The notes under the pieces: generated by a model
The model's input: the letters and a program-made list of their open reading frames with translations, nothing else
The model's database searches: none
Told to the model about the DNA's origin: nothing
Program-made: the position numbers and the translations under genes
Shown here: positions 12,085 through 24,692 of the stretch, one piece after another
Position numbering within the stretch: the first letter of the stretch is position 1
Layout of the letters: the number at the start of each line of letters is the position of its first letter
From: Callorhinchus milii
Lineage: Eukaryota
DNA: 64,000 nt
NCBI RefSeq assembly: GCF_018977255.1
Contig: NW_024704743.1
Location: forward strand, 113,462,001 to 113,526,000
Reading direction: 5' to 3'

Positions 12085-13085
12085 TGTGTTGTATTGGTTC
12101 TGATCAGCTCATGTTTCTTCAAGTGTTTAGTAATTTTGTTCTGTATTGCAGACTCTGGAAGTTTACCAACAGCTGAAGAAAAACTATCTGGGCAATGGTT
12201 TCCTGGCTTATCTCTCCATTTGTTTTTTTGAAGAAGGATGTCACATTTGCTGCCTTCCAGCCCCGTGGAACAATTTTCCTTTCCGCATAATATTGGAAAA
12301 ACATAGACAAAGCTATATCTTTCCGAGCTTCACCGTAGGCTTCCCGAGGACCCTCGTCTATAAACAATTAGGATTCAATCATTTATCCATTTTAGTCTGA
12401 CTAGCTTTTTCATTACTATTTCTTTTTAAATTTAATAACAATTTCTCCGCCACCCGTATTCTCACCCGGACTAAACTCCGTACCCCCATCACACCATTCC
12501 TTGCCAGGCTTCACTGTCCCCCTATCACAGAATGGATCGATTTCAAGATCCTCTCTCTTGTCTGCAAATCCTTTCACACCCTGGCACCTCCCTACCTTTC
12601 TGACCTGCTTTCTTCCCACACCACTACCTGGTGCCTCTGCTCAACTGGCTCTGGCCTCCTGCTTGTCTCTTGTCCCCTCAGCTCCACCATCAATGGTCAC
12701 ACTTTCAGCCACTATGCCCCGAAGCTTTGGAACTCTCTCTCCTAATCCCTCCACCTACCCCACTCCTTCCCCTCTTTTAGATTATGACTGAAAACTTTCC
12801 CCTTTGATCATGCTTACGGTCACCTCCCCTCAGCTCTGGTCAGGCTCTGCAACTGTTATTGCTCCGAGACACTGCCCAATGTGAAAGGCATAATATAAAT
12901 GCAAGTTGTTGTTGAATAATTAACTCCACTAACTAATGTACACCCACTTCTGGTGATTCTACATTCCCAATATCTGTCTCTTCTGTGAAAACTGAAGTAA
13001 ATAAAATTTTAATATCTCTGCCATTCACTCATTCTCAACTGCAAACTTGCCTACTTCATCTCTTACAACTATCCTTTTACTACTT
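12085..13085 (-). mobile_element. CR1 LINE fragment with a nested + strand L2 3' fragment (about 12448-12914)
   Basis: The minus-strand translation IVPRGWKAANVTSFFKK is the CR1 RT N-terminal motif. The inner segment encodes ITPFLARLHC and ends in a (TTG)n tail. Confidence 0.75.
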
Positions 13086-14384
13086 ATAGACAGGTACGCA
13101 GCAGAGAAAATCCCCATAAAGATCAACTATAGACATCTTTTGATCTTTCCTAAACGTGTTAATGGTGTGGCTCATTAAATTATAGCATTTAATTAGAAAA
13201 ACTTTCAATTATAAAAATTATGTTTGTTTTCCAACCAAATGAAATGGAAGTAATACGCTGACAAAACAATTTTCTAAAGCAATGTCATTTCATATATGGG
13301 GGATAATAATAATCCTTGCATTTGATATAGCACCTTATTATATCATCGAGACGTCTCAAAGCGCTTCACAGAATATACTGTAAAGTTGATTGACTGTATA
13401 TTTTGTGGGCAAAACGTGGCAGTATTCCACAAACAACTGAGCTACAGGAAGCATTTTCCATGAGAGTTAGGCAAAAGTATGACTCTCGTCAAACCTCTAA
13501 TAGAAAGTAAGTTTAAAATCCAAACCAAGTAAACCATCCAGCTATTTATTTTTCAAAGGTAAAACTGAAGTAATCACATTAGGCAAGCAGTTGGAGCTTT
13601 CAAAACACACTCTGAGGAAACAATTTATTTAAGGGCAAATATTGTGTACAAAAAAAATGAATTGTTGCGCTGCCTTTTTTTTGGTAAGTCAATAAATTAT
13701 TCATTAAGGAACTGGATTTCAAATAATTTAGAAAGTGCTTATATTGCATTTGAAAATGTTTTATTAACTCAACTGTGCTCAAGAAACACTACAAACAAGC
13801 TGTGTAGCTAACACCTTGTCTGTTGTTCTAAGTTATCTGAACTTATGGCCTCAGTGACAAGGATTATGTTTTCAAGGATGACTCAGTTATTTTGGATGGT
13901 TCCCATTATCTCCCAGATCCCCACAATTTTGCTGAACTCCCAGTTTTATTATCGTAGACCTGGTCGTTAATTCCGCATAATGAGTGAATTCCTTGCACTG
14001 GAATTGTGCCTGTACTAATATCCTTACCTTTCTGTGACCTTACACTCTACAAAGCTGTTCACATATTTAAAGGAGCCTATTTTTTCTCCAATCAGAGAAT
14101 TGCATGTTGTTTCCGAGAAGCATTAACTCTCTTCAGCTAATCCTGGGTTGTCATAAATCTTCATGATTTCTAAATTCTATGCTTTCAAAGGCATGATGAA
14201 TGATGTGGCTCAGTGAATGTATTTTAATAGTATAATTTCACTCACAGTGAACTTTATACAAACCAAGTCCACAGCGCATTTTTCAGTGGTTTGTTTGGAG
14301 GCTCATACGTTGAAAGGAACTACCCCATCAAAACATACATCCACCCCATGAATCAGCTTCTGAGCACAGTGAAGGAATAGTGTG

Positions 14385-14613
14385 TGACTCCATCCTGCAG
14401 TCTCTCCGCCTCGCCCTCTCCCTTGCCACCTTCAAGACCCATTTCAAGACCCTCCTCTTCGACTGTGGTTTCGATCTCCCTGCATCCTCCCTTTCCCTCC
14501 ATCCTCCCGAGCTGGACCCCAGCTCGGGTCCATAACTCTGTCTGTCCAGCACCTTGAGACATCCTCCCGACATGAAAAGCGCTTTACAAATGTAATTTTG
14601 TTGTTGTTGTTGT
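14385..14613 (+). mobile_element. L2 3' fragment
   Basis: Shared L2 3' UTR and (TTG)n tail. Confidence 0.8.
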
Positions 14614-14789
14614 TAGGAGGCCCAGAGACTCAACAGGGCTGAGATGTGCCACTAGGTCCAGACAGCCTGCAATGGTAATTGCACTATTAGTGCCAGGGGA
14701 GGTCGCCATTCCTAACCTATAAGGACCCTCCAACCATCCACAGTGCACAGCCATTAATTGAGCCGATCAGCTTTCTCTCTAGGAGAATA

Positions 14790-15350
14790 GTTGAACCAAG
14801 ATATTGCTTAGACTGCAGTTGGAGTACTGAGGGCAGATTCTGGTCACCCCATTAGAGAGAGGATATTGGAGCAATGAAAATGGTAAAGGGCAGTTTCTCA
14901 CACCAGAGTTTCTAGTTATGGGCACAGGCTCAAAAACATGGTATGAGTAAGAAGATCTTCAAAATCCTAAATGTTTTTGAGAGGATAAATCATGAACTAT
15001 TAGTCCCACTACTTGTTGACTGGTAGCAAGGGGTTACTAGCTTAAAATAGTTTTTTGTGGTTTGCTGGGTATCTGATACATGCGGGAACCCATCTCCATG
15101 CCTAAGAATATCCAAACCAGACTGAGAATTCCATGTATGCCAACTACACATGGAAATTTGCCATGGAAACATTAAGGGGAGTTTACTGGAAACATTTTCA
15201 AGCAGAGGGCTACCAGAATGTGAATTATTTTGCCACAAGTGGCTGTGATGCTTGATTCCAGAATAATATTCAAAGTGATCTGGATAAATATTCAAAGAGA
15301 AAGGAAAAATGGATATGAGGAAAGACTAGAGGATTAGAATTAGAGTGGTT
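14790..15350 (+). mobile_element. Old CR1 3' fragment
   Basis: Decayed CR1 ORF2 C-terminal DNA (cagttggagtactg...ttctggtcacccca...; ggggttactagcttaaaat). Confidence 0.55.
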
Positions 15351-16189
15351 ACCTACATTTTAGCTAGATTATTGGAATAAAATGTGATGTTCAATAATCC
15401 ATGTTTTGTGATAATTATCAAGAGGAACTTGCATTTATACAGTGCCTTTCGTGAGAAGTAGTGTCTTATAATAAATATAATAATAATAATAGTCATCCTT
15501 ACATTTGATATAGCACTTTTCATGTCTTCTAGACATCTCAAAGTGCTTCACAGAATATACTGTAAAGTGAATTGACCTCCTCCTCCTCCTACAATAATAT
15601 AAGATAACAATAGACCAGTATATTCTAGACATAAAATATGTTAAGCAATCACTTGAGGAATTATTTTGTCTTAGAAGTATCATAAACCACAAATCAGTAT
15701 TACAAGGAACAGGTTAGTGAAGGTTTCAAAATTCTTTCTTTAAATTTATCTCCATGATAAACACTGCTTTACCCCAAACCTGTACCTTTACACTCTAAGC
15801 AGCGGGATAGACAGGCTGGGATTGCAGGAGACAGTAAATGGGCTGAGCAAGCTGAAGAGTTTCTAATGGAGTAAGTCACATCACTTAAAAAAGGATTAAA
15901 TGTAGCACCTCATCATCCATGTCCCTAAGGTGTGTTTAGAGTGTGAAAGAAATTTCAGTGCTGCAATGTGGTCAACTTATGAAGAATAAATTAGGTGTAA
16001 GTTGTTCTTCTATATGGCTGTTCTTCTTAGGAATGATCCAAGAATTTCAGAAACAGTTCCTTTCACTGACTTACTTCAGGCATTTAATGCTGGCTAATAT
16101 GAATCTTTCCTACAATAATGAATCCCTGGAACCAGGTACAGTATAGTCTATTAGTATCTCCTTCCCCTCCTCTATCTTTTCCCTGCAGG

Positions 16190-19175
16190 CTGCTCCGCTA
16201 TTATCTTCCAGGTTAGGCAACCTGGTGGATGACACAATGAGTGCCCTACCCCCACTCCCCCATCTGTGTCACCTCTAGTCCCCCAGTCTCTATGCCTGTG
16301 GGCTGACCATACCCCACTAAACCATCTGCTTCAAGTCTCGGCGTGCACCTCTTGGCTGCTGCGCCGACCCGAGCTGCTTTTCCCACAAAATGCTCTCTAC
16401 CCTGCAACTCTCCCGCTCTGTCCTCCTCTCTCTCCATCTGCTTCCCTCTTCCCTCTGCTCCAGCCTGGAAATCCTCCATCGGGCTCACCGTGGCATGGCG
16501 TTGGCTGCCCAGCAGCAGCCATGCTGACTGCCCCATTCCCCACTATTACCGCAAGCTCCGCCGGACCCAGACCTCGGGGCCAACCTCTCCTCCCTCAATT
16601 TCATTCCCATCCTCCCAGTCAATCACTCCATCACCCTTTCCCATCTCACACATTCCCCTGACAATTGTCCCCTCTGCACCAGCCTACAAAACGTCTGCCC
16701 CTTTTCCAACAAGGCTCTCACCATCAACGACATCATCGTTGATGAAAACATGATATCCTGGCCCTCACTGAAACCTGGATCACCCCAGGCAACACCTATT
16801 GGCTGCCGCGTTTCACCCACAAATATACAGTCAATTCTCTTTACAGTCTATTCTGTGAAGCTCTTTGAGGCATCTAGAAGACATGAAAAGCACTATATCA
16901 AAATGCAAGGATTATGATTATTATTACTATTATCTCCCTCAACTGCTCAATCCCTCTCCCGACCCACCTCCATCTCCTCGCGCCCCGAAAAAAAATCTCC
17001 CCCCACTCCCACTCCGCTGCCCTGGAGTAATTCAAGCTCCTCAACCTCTGGCCTACCTCCCGCACTGACTTAGCCTCCTCGGTCACTCTCCTCCACAACT
17101 CCCTCTCCACAATCCTAGATGCCCTTGCCCCCTTCACCTCCCGACCCACATTCCATTCATGACCCTCACCCTGGTACACCATCCACCTCCGCTCACTCAA
17201 GGGTCAGGTGCGGGCTGCTGCACTCACCTGGCTCAAATCTGATTTAACGATCCACCGACAGATCTGGCTGGACCACATAAAAACATACCGGTCTGCACTC
17301 GTCTCCACTAAATTGTCCTTCTATTCCAAGGTAATCTTGGAGGCCAAAGACAACCCCAGGCTCCTCTTCTCCACTACCAACTAGCTCCTCTGTCCACCCT
17401 CTCACGCCTCGCCCATCCTCTTCTCTAACTCCAACTGTGAAGAGATGCTGGATTTTCTTGAGACCAAAATTGAGGGATCTGTTCAGCCGTCTCCACACTT
17501 CCAAACGCCACCCCTCCCCATGTCTCCCTCACACTCCGGCCACTACCCATCCCTCCCTCCACACTTTTGAACACATATCTCGCTCCGTCCCTACCCCTCT
17601 CCTTACTTCCCAGCTCCACTTCCTCACCCCTTTACTCTCAGACCTCATCAACCTCTCCCTGTCAACTGGCACCGTTCCCAACCCCTAAAAACAGCTGTCA
17701 CCAATCCCTATCCTAAAATAACCTGCCCTAGACCCATCCCTGCTCACTGACTACAGCCCTATCTGCAACCTCCCCTTCCTTTCCAAGGTCCTTGAAAAAG
17801 TTGTTGCTTCCCAGCTGCACTCCTTCCTCTCTTGCCACTCCTTTTACAAACCCCCTAATCGTGTTTCTGTGCTGCTCACAGCACGGAAACAGCCCTGATC
17901 AAGGTGATAAATGACATCCTGTCCATTTGTGACCAGGGCTCTGTCTCCTAGTTCTCCTCCTGCCTTTGAAAATGTGCACCACTCTATCCTCCTCCACCGC
18001 CTCTCCTCTCTCCTCAACTTTCAAGGTTCTGTCCTCGAATGGTTCAAATCCTATCTCTCATACCGGCTCCACTTTGTCTCCACAAATGGCTTCTCCTCCA
18101 GCCCCGCACCATCTTGTGCGGTGTTCCTTTGGGCTCTGTCCTTGCTCCTCTGCTCTTCAACCTACACATGCTCCCTCATGGTGACATCATCCGTAGACAT
18201 GGGATCAACTTCCACATGTATGCAGCTGACACTCAACTCTATCTCTCTGCATCCACCCTCAACCCCAGGTCCACTGATGTCCGGATAGAATGTTTTTGAG
18301 ACATCAAGTCCTGGATGAGAGCCAATGGTTGAACGTCCACAAAACCGAGGCTCTCTTGATTGGCTCCCGTGAACATCTCCACACCTCAGGCACTGGCAGT
18401 ATCAGCATCCATGGATGCACACTCCAGCTCACGAAGCCAGTCAGGAACCTAGGTGTCTTGCTCAACCCTCAACTGTCCTTTCTCCCTCACATCCGTGCCA
18501 TGACCTGCTCTGCCTTCCCCATCTTCCGCAATATTGCCCGACTCTACCACTGCCTCATCACTCAGGCCACCAAAACTGTCATACATGCCTTCATTACAAC
18601 CAGGCTCGACTATGCCAATGCCTCGTTCGTCAGTCTTCCCAACTCTTCCCTCCACAAGCTGCAGATCTTCCAGAACTCTGCAGCTTGTGTCCTCTCCTGC
18701 ACTAGGCTCTTTGAACCCATCACATCTACCCTCACCCGTCTCCACTGGCTCCCCATCCCTCAGAGGCTCAAGTTCAAAATTCTTATCCTCACGTTCAAAG
18801 CCCTCTATGGCCTTGCCCCTCCTACCTCTCTGACCTGCTAACCCCTTATCAATCTGTCCACTCTCTCCAATCAGTAGGCTCCGTCCTGCTCCACGTTCCT
18901 CGTCCAGCCCGCCGCACATTGGCAGATAGGCCTTCAGTCTCTCTGTCCCACCCTCTGGAACTCCATCCCACATTCCCTTTGCTTCACTCCCTCCCTAGCC
19001 TCCTTCAAGACCTTCCTCTTCGACTGTGCCTTCGGCCACCCTCATACCGTCCTACTCTCCATGCTCCCTGATCCCAACCCCCCCAGCTCGGATCCTAATC
19101 CCTGACTGTTCAGCACTTTGGGACATCCTCCCGAATGAAAGGTGCTTTACAAATGTAATTTTGTATTGTATTGTA
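16190..19175 (+). mobile_element. Near-full-length decayed L2-clade LINE (APE endonuclease start plus reverse transcriptase), internally deleted
   Basis: Endonuclease start LQNV..NKALTINDII...LALTETW at about 16683-16785. RT motifs [29 protein letters not shown] and [12 protein letters not shown]-terminus LHWLPIPQRLKFKILILTFKAL. There are multiple frameshifts, and the 5' boundary is uncertain. Confidence 0.9.
16798..16933 (+). mobile_element. Young SINE 3' fragment nested in the L2
   Basis: attggctgccgcgtttcacccacaaatatacagtc...ggattatgattattattac. Confidence 0.85.
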
Positions 19176-19455
19176 ATAGAATCAGAGATTCTTAAAGCAC
19201 AGAAGGAGCTCATTCGACCAATCATGTCTATGCCAGCTCTTTGAAAGAACTATCCAATTCGTCCCACTACCCCACTCTTAACCCATAGCCCTGCAAATTT
19301 TTCCTTTTCAAGTACCTATCCGATTCCCTTTTGAATGCTACTATAGAATCTGCTTCCACCACCCTTTCAGGCAGTGCATTCCAGATCGTAACAATTTCCT
19401 GGGGAAACAATTTCTCCTTGTCTTCCCTCTGGTTTTTTTGCCAATTATCTTAAAC
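19176..19455 (-). mobile_element. CR1 3' fragment
   Basis: Similar to 56763-57060 (atagaatc...ttccagatc...). Confidence 0.75.
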
Positions 19456-20721
19456 AATATATATATATATATGTTTGCAGTTAACTAATTGAGGGTTTGG
19501 TTTGCTTAATTATTCCAGTTGAGAGTGCTATCTACGTGAATGTGTAGGAAGTTGATTTGCCACAAGACATTTTGATCGATAGTGTTTGTGATAAGCTTCG
19601 ATAGCAATTTCACAGCAAACAGAAGAATATTCTCCTTGGGATTCTTGTAAATTTTTGCTACATCTGATATGAGCAACAAAGAGAAAGATGTACATACTTT
19701 GGGGTTTCTAGAAATATTTAAGTGAAGTGTTCCTCCAATTATTCAATAAAAAATAGTTCTACCCATGGGACCACAGGTTTTTTAATGTACAACTTTCAAA
19801 TTTTTCACTAAGATGCATCAAATCCTGGGTATCAGCATTCCATTACTCAATTGCAAAATCATCTTTCTCACAGCTGAGAATGAGCTGTAAATGTTGTTTG
19901 ATGGTTTTGTTTTATAGCTATCAGTACTGCTGGCAATCTTCACAGGACAGCTGTGAGGCTCTCCAGATATATCATTCAGCCAATAAACCATGACTGGAAA
20001 TTTCCAGATAAAGATCTAGATCTGGCAGGCAGGAAAGCAACGCCAGCAACAGCTGGGGAACCCACACTGTGACATGTCAACAGCTAAATCAAGACCAATT
20101 TTACAGCTGATAATAAAATGAGAGGATATATAATGAGGAGCAGAGGAGTAGCCAGCTTACTGTGAGAGTATGCAACCATTTAAACTCACACTTGAAAATT
20201 CCAACTGAGTTTCACTCAGGAGCTGAATAAACCTAACATTCCACTGTTGTATTATTATTATTGCACATGACAGACACTTAATTTTTGATGCAATGTGTTG
20301 TGTAAAATAAAGATTCTAACAATAACATTGCTTGCATTTGACATAGCGCTTTCAAAGGGTTTCACAGAGATTCCACTGTAAAGTTTAGTGACTGTGTATG
20401 TGTAGGTGAACGCGGTATCCAATGTAAACACCACTATGTTCCACAAAGAGTAACAAAGTGAATGACCAGTTTCATCTGGGGGATTGTTGACCAAAAAACT
20501 GGGAGAATCTTGTTTCACTTTTTTAATAGTGCCATTAGATGTTTAGTGTTCATCTGAATAGGCAGATATGATTTTGCTATAATGCATTATCCTTATATGT
20601 GTATTATAAGCCAATAATTCAAAACTGGAAATCATTGGTGCTATGTCATCCAAGAGAATTTTAATTCAGATATTGTGACATCAATGCTATAAAGGTAAAG
20701 TCACAGAATCACTAACAAGTT

Positions 20722-21090
20722 GTCAGCCTGTCTCAGTTGGCAGGACTTCGCTTTTGAGTCAGAAGTTTGAGGATTCAACCCCTATGTTGGGGCTTCAAAC
20801 CTTAGCAGCTTTGACTCACAACTGGGAAGTACTGGATTGTTGGAGGTGCCATTCTTTGGATAAGATGTTAAAACAAGGTCCCGTCTGTCTGTTTAGGTGG
20901 ACACGAAAAATTCCATGGCACTATTCAAAAAGAGAATGGAGTTTTATCTCCTAGATAAAATTGATCATTTACTGCATGACTGCTTGCGGCCATTTTTATG
21001 TGCAGATTGGCCATGCCTTTGCTTATAAATATACAGTTACTACACTTAACAGTAAAGTGCTTTAAGACGTTTTCCATACATGAAAGGCAT
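20722..21090 (+). mobile_element. DeuSINE-like copy
   Basis: tRNA-like head (tgtctcagttgg) and Deu-like gatgttaaaacaaggtcccgtctgtctgtttaggtggacacgaaaaattccatggcactattc. Confidence 0.7.
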
Positions 21091-21149
21091 AGAAAGAGGC
21101 CATTTGATCCATCAAATCTGTGATGGAGTTTTTCTCCACATTTTCTCCA

Positions 21150-21404
21150 AGCAGGGCGAAACCTTGGGCAAGTTCCTTACTCCACACGCCTAATAATAAT
21201 CCCTCCAAAACAAAACAATAATAAATTGGTCATTTTCAATCCACGACTGTTTGTGGGACACTGCTGTGCGCAATTGGCTGCCGTGTTTTGCCCACAAATA
21301 TACAGTCAATTCACTTTACAGTCTATTCTGTGAAGAGCTTTGAGACGTTGAGAAGATGTGAAAAGCACTATATCAAATGCAAGGATTATTTACTATTATT
21401 ATTA
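21150..21404 (+). mobile_element. Young SINE, short variant, 5'-truncated
   Basis: Nearly identical to 9523-9768. Confidence 0.9.
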
Positions 21405-21878
21405 TATATCAAATGCAATTATTAGCATAACAATTACTGGTTATTGGTGATCCTGGAGGAAACTCAATAAATTACAAAGTAATAACTTAATCTAGGATTT
21501 AAGATTAAATACTTTGTTCCCCAGATTATATCTGTTTTATTTTTTGCTGTGGGTAGGTACTATTAATTGGGATAAAACAGGGCACACAATAAAGGTAATT
21601 ATAACAAGGACAGAAGATAAATTTTACTGTAAAATTTTACATTGGTTGCTGTAATACAAGACTGAAGGAAATTTTACTGGGTACTAATGAGAAAATAATA
21701 GATTTCTAGCAGACTAATGTATTTTTCATGTCAGGTTAACCCTGCATTAACTGTTCTCAATTACAAGGACAGCACTCTAAGTGATGAGAAGGTCTGCAAG
21801 AGAGTTCAGAGGTAAGAAGTTGCAGTGTTTGAAGCTGTGGCACTGACATTCTGTGAAGATATTTGAATTGATACAGTG

Positions 21879-22180
21879 ATAGAATCATACAATGTTAGAA
21901 AGCTTAGAAAGAGGCCATTTGATCCATCAAATCTGTGATGGAGATTTTCTCCACGTGAGCTACTTAATCTAATCCCAATCTCCTGTTTGCTCCACAACCA
22001 TTTAATATTCCTCTTTTTCAAGAATCTGTCAAATTCTCTGTTAAACGAGTTGATGAACTCTGTTTCAACTATGATTTGTTACAGAGAATTCTACATTCCA
22101 GTCACTCTCTATGTAAAGATTTTGTTGCTAACATTCCCTTTAATTTGTTTTCCTGTCATCTTATATCTCTGTCCTTTATG
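21879..22180 (-). mobile_element. CR1 3' fragment
   Basis: atagaatcatac...gaggccatttgatccatc...; the same family pattern as the other minus-strand CR1 tails. Confidence 0.65.
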
Positions 22181-22529
22181 AAGTCCAACTCCAGCACCTC
22201 TTACCATGAAGCTGGAGATGTTCATAAGCGCTAGTTGCTGTGAGGTATAACGTCACAGAGATCAAAATAATAATAATATTAATAATGTTAATCCTCTATA
22301 TTTGGTATAGTGCCTTTCACATAGGAGAACGTCTCAAAATGCTTCAGAGGATCTAAAGTGCAGTGGCTGTGCATTTTTATGTGCACGCCAATGTCCCCAC
22401 AAACAGTCAAATGACCAAAACAAGTAATCCTAAACACATTTGATTCGTCAATGATTGCCAGGAAAAAAATAAGAAATGGTACAGAAAATAAGGTGAAAAA
22501 CATTCCTTTGTAAACCTGTCTTAAATGTT

Positions 22530-22862
22530 ACCACCCTGACCACTCCCTCCGCTCAGTGGGCACTGGCCTCCTCCATGGCCCCCCGCCCTGCTTGCTCCTC
22601 AACCAGCCTTTCTCTCCCCACCCTCTGGAACTCCATCTCGGAGTCCCCCTGCCTCACACCCTCCCTTGCCTCCTTCAAGGCCTTTCTCAAGACTTTCCTC
22701 TTTGACTGCACTTTCGGTCATCCTCCCAATCCCTTGCCTTCCATCACTCTTGACTCCAACACCCAGCTCGGGTGCAAACCCTTGACTGTCCAGAGCCTTG
22801 GGTCATTCTTCCAGACATGTAAGGCACTATATAAATGCAATTTCGTGTTATTGTTGTTGTTT
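22530..22862 (+). mobile_element. L2 3' fragment
   Basis: LWNSI...SLASFKAFLKTFLF followed by a (TTG)n tail. Confidence 0.85.
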
Positions 22863-22997
22863 TTAATAACAGGTTTGGACCTGAACATGCCCTCCACCCA
22901 TCTCGACTTTGGGTGAATAGTTTCTCCCTCAGGCTTCTCGTAAAACAATTTTTTCAACCGAAATAACCCAGAGCTGAGATTTTGAATCTCCGTTCCT

Positions 22998-23222
22998 GGA
23001 ACATAAGAACATAAAAATATAAGAATTAGGAGCAGGAGTAGGCCATTCGGCCCCTCGAGCCTGCCCCGCCATTCAATAAGATCATGGCTGATCTTCAGAC
23101 CTAACTCTAATTACCTGCCCTATTCCCATATCCCCTAATCCCTCTATTTTTAAAAAATCTATCAGTCTCAGCCTTGAAGATGTTCAAGAACTGAGCATCT
23201 CCAGCCTTCTGGGGTAGTGAAT
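22998..23222 (-). mobile_element. Shark-type CR1 (HER1/HE1-like) 3' end
   Basis: gaacataagaac...aggagcaggagtaggccattcggcccctcgagcctgccccgccattcaataagatcatggctgatc is a recognisable chondrichthyan CR1 terminus. Confidence 0.75.
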
Positions 23223-24299
23223 TTTTTACTGACAAACTTATTTTTTTCTGCCAATATTTGGCAAAGACGCAACCTCATAATGCGATGTAACAATCTCTGA
23301 CTTTCAGATATTGTTACAAGGTAAAACATTGTTTTGCTGATTTGATGTTAGTAGTTTTTCTGATTTCCCCCAGTCAAAATAAAACATCATTAAATCTCTG
23401 CAAAATCCTGTGTGTGCCTTTTTCTTTTGTGTTCCACATTTCTGTGTTGTTTCAAATAGATTATCACATCAATCCACGCAATCCAAAGTACCACACATAG
23501 TGAAGAGTAAAGATATAGGTGTCAGGTCACTTTGAAAAGATATTACCAAAACCAGGTAAGATGCCTTTCATGTTCCTGGTTCGTAAGGAAACAGACATTT
23601 TGGGTTCATTCAGAAAAGGAGATGAATTGCATAAATCCTAAAGTGGATTATGCAATTTCTCAAAGGGACCCAGGCACAAAGAGAGAACACGGATAATTTT
23701 ACAACGAAAATGTTTTGTGCACAACACATTGCTCTCAACAGAGAGAAATGATTATGATAATGAAGAATAATTCACCAACTGGGAACAAAAGCATGCTGAC
23801 TGACTGTCTCCCTTCATAGCTTAATAAAACCAGTAGCTATACAGCTTCTCTGTCTAAACCCACCTAACATGCACTGAAACATTTGTATTTGCCCATACCT
23901 GCCAAATGATTTCCTTTTAACCTTCTTGTGAACTGGTACTAAGCCATGATTACCACGGCCACATTCCTGTTTCTTGACACGGTTTCATTAAACCTATGTT
24001 CTACATGGCTTGAACTTATTTGTTCTTTCTCCTTTAGCAATTGTATAGTTCCTCTTATTATTGATTTGTGTTTTCATTTAGAGCTCTGAATACATCTGCT
24101 TTCCCCTCTTCTCCCAGCCCCCCAACCCCACACCATTGTAAAACTTAATTAATTTGCTTAAATGATAAGAAATCTTGCAACTTGCACAAAATGCATTAGC
24201 TTCTAGTTGACATTTCATACAGTGTCTTTGGCATTGCATAATTATAATGGGAGAAATACCATTCCTGGCCAACATCGCCAAAGGCACCAGAGGCTTGTG

Positions 24300-24692
24300 T
24301 GTCAGTGGCTCAGTTGGTGGCACTCTCACCCTCTGAGTTATAGGTTCAATCCTATGTCGTGTCTTTGAGCTCATATAATCCAGAATGACACTCCAATACA
24401 GTGCTGGGGGTATGATGTATTGAGAGTTAAAATATGGTCCCATTTACCTATTCAGGTGAATGTTAAAAACCTCATGGTACTATTTGGAAAGAGAAGGAAG
24501 TTTCTCCCAGTGTTCTGGTCAATAAACTTCATTCATTTTTAATCCGTTTTATGGGACATTGCTGTATGCAAATTGGCAGCTGCATTCGTCTAAAAANTAC
24601 ACAGAGCCAAACTATTTTACAGTAAATCCTGTGAAGAGCTTTGAGACAACCTCCTAACATGAAAGGCGTTACATCAAATGCAAGAATTATAA
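24300..24692 (+). mobile_element. DeuSINE-like copy, full length, decayed
   Basis: Head gtggctcagttggtggcactctc, Deu-like core ttcaggtgaatgttaaaaacctcatggtactattt, and the shared tail. Confidence 0.7.

Noticed and set aside
24597..24597. Single N bases (also at 27344 and 54932)
   Set aside because: All adjoin homopolymer runs, so they are sequencing ambiguity rather than biology. They are a caution for homopolymer-dependent claims.
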